Assembly (NCBI GenBank): GCA_951406725.2
Contig: OX597832.1
Coordinates: forward strand, 66,464,001-66,528,000
Direction: 5' to 3'
Source of the DNA: Octopus vulgaris
Taxonomy: Eukaryota
Length of the DNA: 64,000 bases
The position numbers and the translations under genes are program-made. Within the stretch, counting starts at the first letter, position 1. Every line of letters begins with the position of its first letter. Positions 53,522 through 64,000 of this stretch are shown in pieces. The notes beneath the pieces were generated by a model, which did not search any database, was not told the DNA's origin, and saw only the letters and a program-made list of their open reading frames with translations.

Positions 53522-53703
53522 TTCCCACACTACAGACAAATTCCTATTAGTTAACACATAGAAAAATATGCAGGTAACATCAAACCAAATGTAACAGTCT
53601 TCCCTTTCTACCAGTGCAAAGACACAATCTCTCAACTAGAACGCTTAAATAAAGAAAATTTTTCATTGAAAAATACAAAACGCGTCTTAATATGCAGACA
53701 TAA
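53522..53703 (+). pseudogene. PLE GIY-YIG endonuclease C-terminal half (inverted copy)
   Basis: FPHYRQIPIS*HIEKYAGNIKPNVTVFPFYQCKDTISQLERLNKENF/FIEKYKTRLN*, with the catalytic E and the terminal LN motif. Confidence 0.8.
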
Positions 53704-53981
53704 CCAACTTTTATATTTTTACACATTACATCACTGTACATAAATCCCCTACTAAACAAGGTCCCTTTTTTTAAACATGTCTCCATTCTGTACACATATT
53801 TATTCCCCACCCAAAACCTAAACAGTTATCTCCATTACACACACAACAATAACAATAATAACAACCAATTACCTCCCTTTACTTGTCAGCTTGTAAATTC
53901 AACCAATCGTGAATTTCATTACAAACAACATGGACCAAATTTCTTCCCAAGAAAAAATATATATTCATATAAATTAAACAT

Positions 53982-54018
53982 TATATCACGAATAGCGATT
54001 GCGAAACCGGTCGATATA
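53982..54018 (+). ncRNA. Second copy of the A3:U8 hammerhead (additional U4 to C change)
   Basis: uauauc-ACGAAUA-gcgauugc-GAAACCGGUC-gauaua. Confidence 0.6.
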
Positions 54019-54074
54019 TAAAAAACCATATTATAACCATGTGAGTGTGCGTATTTTCCTTTTTTAATTTCTTA

Positions 54075-54340
<266 letters not shown>

Positions 54341-54630
54341 TAATTACGATTCAGTTGAATTAGTTACAGAAAGTGGGGTACCTTGCTAGTTCTGTATTTT
54401 CTGCACACCCAACAATATTATTTGAATATTGAATATCAAACTCCGTCTAATGGGTATTTGTTCATTATATTCCTGCCGTTGTGCAGACAACGCAACCCAG
54501 CGAAGCGAACAGACACGTACTTGTTATAAATGTACTTTCTAAATCCAGAACACTGTTACGCACCAGTATCCTTCGTGATCTACTTCTTGTAGACGATGCT
54601 GCACTAGTAGCGACCGCCTTAGACCTTCAT

Positions 54631-54678
<48 letters not shown>

Positions 54679-57600
54679 CAATTCATTACGGCCGTTACAA
54701 GCGGTTCCATTCAATTGACTAATGAAAACCTTACATCAATTTGAAAGAAAGCGTTTGCTTCAGAGAACGCATGGACAGATGACTTTATGTAGTTTGTAGT
54801 ATTCAGCCATTTAGACCTAAATCCATTGGGAGTTGTCAACTATATTCAACTATGAATGGTGATAAAACAATTAATGTCGGACAACCTACGAGAGTCCCAA
54901 TGTAAGGGAACCATATATCTAGCATTATCTACATAAAACGGTAGGTTACGGGGTATGTAATAAAAGAATATCTAATGGAGAAGGGGTGATAACTGAAGAC
55001 AGAAGGATTTGGATGGCCAATGCTTATTTAGATTATCTAATAAAGTGGAATATAATGAAAAACTAAAGAGATAAATAATATAAATTTTAGGGGTGGAGAT
55101 TAGAATTGAAGGATACGGGAGGCAATAAGTTATAACTTAGCAAATTTATAATAATAAATTGAGAAAATTTAAATCAATATATAGAATAAGGATGGAAATT
55201 GCACTCAAAACCTAGTAATGGGATACTTTAACATATATGAAAAAAACTGTTAAGAATCATTTAAGTATATTTTTAAGAAGGTCATGATAAATAGATTCTA
55301 AAATGAATGTATAACAGAATTAGATTATCATATGATTAGAAGTACATTCTATATTCTAAAGCAACAAAAATAATTATTCACTTCTTTAGGGATGGATATA
55401 TATAAGATACCGTTAAATATGCTATCGAATATAAGGGGTAATTGAATTAGAAGTATACTAAATGTTTAAGGGCGTAGATTCGGAAGCAACAGCTAAACCG
55501 ATTTGGGCATGTAAACATTTAATGAATACAACATTTAATGAATACAACATGTAAGGAGTCTCATTTCCAGTAAACTATATAAAATCACCTTATAAAAATA
55601 TTATTTATCATTTACGAACGCTACGAAAACATATGAAAGGATATACAAATGTATAAAAATATCAAATATAGATATAAAAATTCATATATGTGTAATTATA
55701 AATAATAATTATGGTATTGTATTTATACAATGAGTTTTATGAAGACAAATTACGAACTATTTATTAGCTAGAGAAGCTAAACAGATGTATAAGAGAGTAT
55801 ATAAATACATAAACTTCATAATATAAGATATAAAAATATATAAATATTTTATAAAAGTTATATAAAATATTTCGCTACAGAATGAGATAAAAGTAACGAT
55901 AAGTCATAATAAAATAAAATAGATTATGATATAAATTATATTAGCATATTAGAAATAATTCTTAGATATGTTTATTATTAAAAATAGCATATAAAATAAA
56001 ACTATATGGATCAAATGTTAAATGAAAAATATAACGATACCTTTGGAAATGTGATTTTTAATAAAGCTCGAAAATACATCAGATACACTGATCTAGGTTA
56101 AATAATAACTGATCCAAAGGGTTATGCCTTATACTTAGGGGAGATGCAAGATTTGGTAATCCATTGTAAATTTATCTCTAATACTAACCATGAGGGGAAA
56201 TAATTCCAATACTGAAGGGGTAAATATATATAATACAATCATTGAAAGATTACAAATTAATGGTGTTAAGGTTTATTAAAAAGCAATAATACATAGATTT
56301 CAAGATAATAGAGAGCATAGTATGAATGATATGGCACGGATAACTCGTGCTACCGAAGCAAAATATGATACACTTAATATTACCTGCTTCTAAAGTATTC
56401 AAATGTACAGGTAATCCTATGTATATATGTATATACACATGATACTCTAAGATCGAATTTATTATTAATTAGGTTTATATATATATATATGTGTGTAGAA
56501 GTGGTAGAAATGCTTCTTATCTATGGTATTTAAATTCCGATAGGAGTTCATATTTTGTCATTACAAATGGAAAGTATAGAGGCGTAGATCCCTCGTGCTG
56601 TTCAATGGAAGGGTCTTGTTGTGTGATCGAAATTTTGAGAATGTAGTGGTTGTAGTAATTAGATAAAGAAGAGAGAAACGATGTGCATGCTAAAGTGAGG
56701 AGAACGGTCAAAAGGAAAAGGTAAGGAAAGAAGAAAGAAAGAAAGAAAGAACGGGGAAGAGAAAAGGTAAAAAGGAGTGGTCGTTGGTGGTTAAGATATT
56801 ACAGTGAGGGTGGGAGAGGAGTAGGGGAGGGATAGAAAGAGGTAAGAATTTAAGGAATGAATATGTACGACGAGTGGGAGGTAGGGTTTTATGTTTGAAA
56901 GGCACTACGGGTACAGAAAAATGGTACAAGGTGTTATTAAAGTGAATCGTAAACCTCAAATAAAGAAGGGAAGAATAATTAGATATAATGATCAAGTTTC
57001 TAAAAATAGAAAGGGGTGTTTATTGTACTAGCTAATGTGATAGTGGGAGGGCTGAGGAATCAGGGAGAGAGAAAGAAATAAGAGTATACTGATATACGCA
57101 CGAGCGCAGACAATGCATATACGTGTGTATATGCACTACTATATAAGCCCACATACTTATATGCTTACACCCATACGCATATATACATATATATATATAT
57201 ATACACACACGCACCCATAGATATATGCATACACACACAGAAACTCACACACAGAGATATACATACATACATACTTACACATATATATATATATATAGTT
57301 ATGAATATGTGTGTGAGTCTGAGTTTGCATATTTTCATATTTATATATATACACACACATACATACATACATATAAGTATTTTTGACTAATGTAAGAGAC
57401 AGAGGTTTCAATATACGGCAAATTTTATCGATCACTACCATTGTTTCGACCACATCTAGCATCAATCACTCACGGGTGGGTTACTACATATCAGATGTAG
57501 GTATATCTGTCGGTGCAGATACGTCTCCTCAGCTTATTACCAGACGTATATAATTAAAGTAACATCTGTTCCGCAGATATATTCTATATTCATTATACCT

Positions 57601-60114
57601 AAACGCTAATTAGTAACATAAACTAAACGCTCTATGCCGATGTGTCTTGTTAACGAAAGCACTTATTTTACAGGGATGTATGTCCAAAGAGGTTTTTGAA
57701 TAGAAACGCCTGCCAATCATTATCCAGTGATATTTTATTTTGTTTTAAATGATGTTTTAAACTCATAAACTTTAATACTTTCTCTTTCACGATATTAAAT
57801 ATTAAAATCTTTTAATTCACTGAAATTTTGAAGAATTGAAATACATCCTCCTTAATCCTTTAGTCTAACCAAGCTTACAGAGCTGGTTCCCAATGAAAGT
57901 AACCGTGAAAAACCAAAAAATTAACATTAATATGTTTCTATTTGTTGAAGAAATCTTAAAATGATATGTCAAACGAACAGCTGATAATTCTGCAAAGTAT
58001 TGGTGTTTGTGAATTAATTCTTGTGGTAGGTGCTGAAAATTCTTTAAAAAAAAACTCTAGATTAATTGAAACTTCTTAATTATACTGTGAAAGAAACAAA
58101 ATCTTTGCGATAATTATAAATGACACTCAGAAAGAAATACATAAGGTTAATTGCCACGGATTAAGAATTAATCACTCAAAAACTATTTTATATGTTTAGC
58201 TGAAAGAACAATCTTGATCTCTGTTTTCAGGCAAGGAATAAATCTATTTACATGTTTCAGTCTACACTAGGACTAAACTGCATGGTTGAGTCGACTGCAA
58301 ATTTGTTTATTTTATAAGCTACATTATCAGCAACAAAATTCCAAGATTGCTTCGTTAGAGAAAAGATTCAGTAAAATATGTGATCTGAAAAGCCGGGACA
58401 GTAACGCCTAAAATCGACTTTGAGGTCAAACGTTTTTTTTTTTATTATGTTAAAGAAATCTATGCTTAATTTTAGCTTATATAATAATTCTCGGCGAGAG
58501 GAATCTACCATGTTATTTATATGAAAGAATATTCAGTAGAAAAAATTACTTAGGTAAGAATCGGCGAAAACAAAGAAAAAAAACAAAAAGTAGATTAACG
58601 CCTGAAATCTAAATTGTCTCCAAATATTATTCTTACTTCATGAGAAAACTATATTCAAATTCTACCTTTTCTGATAGATCTCCACTAGAGAAGCCCGATG
58701 ATATCTATTATATATATAAATATATACAATTAATAAAAATCTACTGGGACCAAATGTGCCAAAAGACGGTACCGAAAACAATCAAATTCAAAATCTAAAA
58801 TGTATTTACAAATGTATAGGGATCAAACAAATTAATGCCTTCAACAACGCATTGATAATTGCAAAATTAAAATACACTTCCATTAGTTAGTTAACTACAA
58901 TAACTTCAAATACTATCATTCACAACTGAATGGCTTGGGGCTTAACAGTTCTTTGTACTTGAATTGGATTGACGGAAGTAAGATAAATTCGGATTGATCC
59001 ATATGATTCAGTGTTTTTAGATTCTGCTGGGGTATACGTTGTACTGAAGAATTTATGAAACTGGGACAATAAACTTGAGTTAAGTATGATTAACTTGAGT
59101 TAATCATTGATAAGAATTATTGTAATGAAGAAAAAATATCGCATACTCTGATCATCTAAATTTTACTAATGTTCAGATTCGCAATGTGTATATCTGCAGT
59201 TTCAGATGTACTTTAAAAGGTTTGCCATTTGTAGAGCTATGCTTATTCTTTTAAATATATAGTCGTCTTTGGAACTGATACAGCGATGAAAACATGCATC
59301 GTTTTCCATACATATTTTAATTTTGGATGGTTTGCTTTCTTTGTTTTTATTAATTAGCATGTGCAAGAGGAACATATCCCACACATAGTAATACCTTTTG
59401 GTGCATTTTGTGCACATTATTTGAACAATTCATTTTCTTTCGTTAGGTTTCAATACTAGTCATGTGTGTAGTACATGAATTCTCCAACACTTTCATGTTC
59501 GTTTATATATCTTCGTTTTTGGTCAATACGAAGCAAGCAGAAAATATAATCGACTGATTATTGAGTAAATACCGCGAGATATCTTAAAGCAAATTTTGTA
59601 TTGTACTATATGTATATTTGAGCTTCACATATGACGCTATACGCTTGTGGCCTCTATTCCTTCCACACACTCCGATCACTACACTAAATACATTTTCTTA
59701 ACCATTATAACCACATTTTGCTTTCTTTTACTCACTTTCCTTTCGCTAATATCTTTGCATGACATTTTTACAATTACATTTTCCATGTAATTCCATTATT
59801 TTTTAGATAAGGCTGTCGCTTTTTTAAAATACATTCCAGACGAAAGTTTGTTCCTTCAGGCATTGTTTTACATTTCCACAGTTCCGTGAAAACTAAAACA
59901 AGTTTTCTTTTTCATTGATAGTAGTTATACGTAGGATTTTCTGTTATATTTTTGCACCTGTTTCTTTTCTATAATAGTTTCACATATAACAGAAAATGCC
60001 TACATTCACTCATTCGTAGGAAATACAAATTATCTGTGTCTTCTAAGGTGATGTATCCTAAATGCATGCCTTTCTCTCATTATTCTTATAATGCTGTAGT
60101 AATTCTTTAAAATC

Positions 60115-60310
60115 AGAGATATGTTGCAAACCCTGGCGTCTCGCATGCGTAGCGAGTTTTCTACTTGCAGCATTCGGTACCTTGATATCCGCTTTTTCTC
60201 AGCTACTAGGTTTTTCCAGACTCTACCTGTGCCAAGGAGACAGACGTTCTAAAACAGCTCTACTAGTCAGGTTATTCCCATTTCCTTTATAATCTTCTTG
60301 ATAAATTCTG
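60115..60310 (-). mobile_element. R4/Dong-like LINE extreme 3' end
   Basis: Minus strand: EFIKKIIKEMGIT*LVELF...VCLLGTGRV.. resembles LLQKACLLGTARILRKVL, followed by a short 3' UTR. Confidence 0.55.
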
Positions 60311-60368
60311 CAATTGAAATAATGTTGATGTTGTTGTTGTTGTCGTTATTATTATTATTATTATTATT

Positions 60369-60968
60369 GAGTGAGAAAGCAGTGCATGCCATCAAAGTGA
60401 CACTGGGGTAAAATATACGAAGCCCAATATACCCATCATGACTACCCGTCTGATAAAGGTACACCAGGCACATGCATCACAACCATATGTGCGCGACATG
60501 GTGATCTCATATCAAGATAAACAGCACATGACCTTGCAGGTGGGGCCCAGTTAGAATTTTCTTCAGGTTGAGTAGCCCATCCGCTCAAACGGTCCCTGAA
60601 TAAGGGTTGTTTAAGGATGTTGAAAGAACCACCCATGTTTCCAGAGGTGAACTATTCAAACCCCAAAGAATCCCTCTCAACACATGGCTATGATGCTCCC
60701 CCACTACTTCTGCTCGTGATCAGAGATGCACATATCGTCAGCCACTAAGGGACATGCTCAACTGGTTAAGGTCAAACAACTGACAAGCAAATCTGTGGTA
60801 TTAAGCAGAATATTTGCTGTAGCCCATCTTTTATACCAAGACAAAACAATTTACATGATAACACTTCCAATCAGTTAAGATCAGAAGCCATGAGAGCCAC
60901 TGCCAGTTAAGATCAGAAGCCATGAGAGCCACTGCCAGTTAAGATCAGAAGCCATGAGAGCCACTGCC
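60369..60968 (-). mobile_element. Young non-coding retroposon of about 600 bp inserted in (TAA)n, with three exact 32-bp tandem repeats at its 5' end
   Basis: Flanked by (TTA)n on both sides, with a second copy at 24160-24430. The unit CAGTTAAGATCAGAAGCCATGAGAGCCACTGC occurs at 60872, 60904 and 60936. Confidence 0.85.
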
Positions 60969-61044
<76 letters not shown>

Positions 61045-61099
61045 CATTGTTATTATTATTTAAGTTGTCGCACATTATACAATATCGCGGCCTTGTTGT

Positions 61100-61780
61100 T
61101 TGAAGATATTGCCCCTACTGGGGGTTTGTACTTTTTACCTTGGGTTACCTTGTCGTGTCTGCGCTTGTACTCTTTATGCGCAAGATTTTCACAATCACTT
61201 TCCAATGTGATTCATGCTTTCGATCCTCTTCTCACTCATTCAGCAGCTGTCTGTTGCACTTTTGTGGTATATATTCTTTTTCGCTGGGTTAGTATACAAT
61301 GCCTGGTCCTGGGTAGCGATGATTAGGCTTCCAATATCTTATTTACGTCATACTTAGAAGCATCGTTAGAAGCATCCTGTTTCTCCTAACGATTTTCTGC
61401 CGCTCGATCTTTACCCATTTCGGAATGGGATCTCAATACGGGCATTGCCTATGTATTTATGGACTTATGATGTTCCACCATTTAATTTGTTTTTAGAAAC
61501 TACCAAATTCTCCTTTTTACTATTTAGTGACTTTCTCTCTCATTTCCTTTTCCATTATCTTATCGTCTTGGAGAGCTTCTAGGAATTTGTATTCCTCGTT
61601 GTTCCATAGCATTCGAATGTGCAATTAGACTTTATCTTCCGGTCTCTATTCTTAGTGTGTAATTTGCACATATCTATTTCACACTGCATGCCAATATCTA
61701 ATATCTTTACTGAATATCCTCAGTTTAGATTAGAGAATCAAGGTATGTCTAATCTTGAGGTTATCCAGTTATTGTAGGCG
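61100..61780 (-). mobile_element. Decayed R4/Dong-like LINE RT and zinc-knuckle fragment
   Basis: Minus strand: NEEYKFLEALQDDKIMEKEMRE (YKYLG..DKI motif), then ESMNHIG../CENLAHKEYKRRHDKVTQ (CCHC knuckle plus RHD). Confidence 0.7.
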
Positions 61781-61874
61781 ATCTCTTCCTAATTTTTGTT
61801 TGGTAAACTCATAAGCAGACCAGTATTTTCTTAGTATAATTGCGAGAGAGAGTGAATGTCCTTCGGAAATGCCC

Positions 61875-61905
<31 letters not shown>

Positions 61906-62049
61906 TAATATCATCATCACCATGATCATCATCGTCGTCGTCGTCCTAGTCGCCCGCGTCGTCTTCATCGTCGTCTTCGTCATTGTTGTTGCTGCTTTTG
62001 TCATTGTTTCTTTTTAGGGTTGCCGTATATGCCTTAGTCAGAAGAGACT

Positions 62050-63560
62050 GCTAAGTGTTTTCTGGAATGCAAAGTAGCTTCAATGATTTCCACGTTCTTC
62101 TTAGATATGATTCACTTATATTTTAATATATGTTATTTCAATACTTTTATTATATTTGGGAAAGTATGGATTAATATATTCATTGTTTTTTTTCTGGAAT
62201 TAATTTTGTTTTCTATTGTCACATTTGATCTAGAGTGTCTGATTTGCACAGCATTTTATTGAAGTAAAACAAACACTCATATTGATATTTAGGCACGTTA
62301 TCTCGTGTTTAAGGTCGTTGACAATCCCTGAAGCCTTCCAATGAATACAAGTCTTAGTGTTTTCCAGAAGTTTATGGTCGCTTATTTTCAGCCATGCTTA
62401 CAGTGCAGTTATATTGTGTCTTCCTATTTCATCCAAAGTCTAGTTTCGATGCAGCGTTTGCTTTTGTTTTATATTTTATCCCCGCATTGATTGAATCCCA
62501 CTGATGGCAGTTTGTAACCTAATGTTATACAGTTTTGCTCATTCCACCTCATATTTGATTTAATTAAGAATAGCTCATATATCTGAAATCCTTATCAAAT
62601 GTGTTATTGCTTACATGATTTTCTGAAGCTTCACTTTTCCTTCCAAATGTTTTTTTATACACACACACACACACACATACAAGCACATGCGAACGCGCAC
62701 ACACACACACACATACACATGCACACGCACATATCACAGATCTCCCGTATTTGGGTTCCATATTTTACTCATACGTTGGTCCTTTTCAAATTCACTAAAA
62801 GAAAAATACGTATTGTTATTTTGCCATTTGTATGCACTTTCTTTTCTTTTTATGAAGAAATGGCTAAAGGTGATTGAATCCCATAGAAATAAGTCAAAAC
62901 TATCACTGCCAAAGTATTTTAGAAATCATTTATTCCATCAATATTCAGATCTTTTGTTGCCATAGAGACATACAGAATATTTTGCAGAGCCTTCTAACAT
63001 TTATCTTCCTTTTTTCCACAGACAGGCTTATGTTGACTCATATCGATCGATTCCTGGTTAATTCTTGTTTTTCCTTTTGTTTGTAGTTTCTATTAAATTT
63101 TCTCAAGTCAATTCCGGTGGTTCAACTGTAGTCTGTGATTGTGTTCTGTTGGCTGTTGGGTGGGGAGATAAGTGTACACCCAAGATCACTCTGTCTAAAC
63201 AATTCTCTCATAGTGGACATCTATATTCTCCATTTTATTTTTGCTTTGTGTTTCGTTTCTGTCTGATGTAAAACCATGTTTTCTTGGATACATTCTGTAG
63301 CAGTTTTACAATTCGAGGATTTCCTTTTTTTTTTGTATGCTTAGTCGCCCATATTGAGTCGCTATTTTGGTTACTTTTATGGATTCATGATATATATGTG
63401 CATCAGGTTCTAAAATTATACTTTTCACTTGTTTGAGATGGAACAATGTTTATCTGTGCAGTCAGCTGGTTTGTATTTTTCAGCTTCTTTTTTTCTATTC
63501 TTAGTATTTTTCCTATCCTTTATACTATTTATTATTTGAGAATTTGTTATTGCGCTATAT
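62050..63560 (-). mobile_element. Possible very decayed L1/Tx1-like LINE
   Basis: Scattered minus-strand peptides in ORF1-EN-RT order (RIGKILRIEKKKLKNTNQLTAQINI; TQYGRLSIQKK..NCY; ESAYKWQNNN; AASKLDFG). No intact catalytic motif. Confidence 0.3.
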
Positions 63561-63926
63561 AAATTTTCGTACAGTCACAAATTATTATTCTCTCCCCTAT
63601 GATGTTTGCGTTTGTTGGAAATATTGTTGACGAGTAACAGGCATAGAAGATTTCAGCGTCTGGTTCAGCGTTCTATTTTAATTATCAACTTTGGAACCTA
63701 AGAATAAAGGGCAGTTATTTGTATTTTCTGGCGTCTCTGGAACATGTGCAACATTATTATCTCATCATGATCTCAATAAATTTACAGAACGAAATGCAAC
63801 GCATGTAATGCTGAGTCCTCTTTTGATTGCATCATTTTATTTTTCTTTCAAGTGCATAACTTTTATTTTAAGAAGGACCTTTCTTTTAGTTGATATTTAA
63901 AAACTGTTACACCTTATTTTGTATAG

Positions 63927-64000
63927 GCGCATGCGTGGCTGTGTAGTAAGATGTTTCCTTCCCTACCACATGGTTCTGGGTTCAGTCCCGCTGCGTGGGA
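63927..64000 (+). mobile_element. OR1-like SINE head, cut by the window end
   Basis: GGCGCATGCGTGGCTGTGTAGTAAGATG (A box) ... GGGTTCAGTCCC (B-box-like). Confidence 0.75.

Noticed and set aside
60872-60967. 32-bp direct repeats as a CRISPR array
   Set aside because: The repeats are head-to-tail with no spacers, the context is eukaryotic, and there are no cas genes.

Overview
AT-rich eukaryotic DNA saturated with microsatellites and transposons. The tRNA-derived SINE families, as recalled from published sequences, and the repeat landscape point to an octopus (coleoid cephalopod) genome; this is inference, not a database result. I found no host protein-coding exon, and nearly all ORFs in the supplied track are translated (TA)n/(CA)n/(TATC)n/(AAT)n repeats. 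The real coding remnants are mobile. They are: a near-full-length decayed Penelope-like element (PLE; RT plus C-terminal GIY-YIG, 19204-21299); a second, Neptune-type PLE fragment in a head-to-head inverted arrangement (52861-54079); a Gypsy/Mag LTR-gag-protease fragment; a DD37D (maT) transposase remnant; several R4/Dong-like and CR1-like LINE fragments; a non-autonomous Helitron; and many SINEs. The most notable hidden layer is RNA structure: at least five unrelated repeat families carry type I hammerhead ribozyme (HHR) motifs, most with tiny palindromic stem III. Between them they show three different identities at the tertiary 3:8 pair (C3:G8, U3:A8 and the unusual A3:U8). One HHR family is a non-coding, terminally redundant element with a 334-bp period (copies at about 8618-9022 and 50171-50590) that looks like a retrozyme/circular-RNA retroelement.
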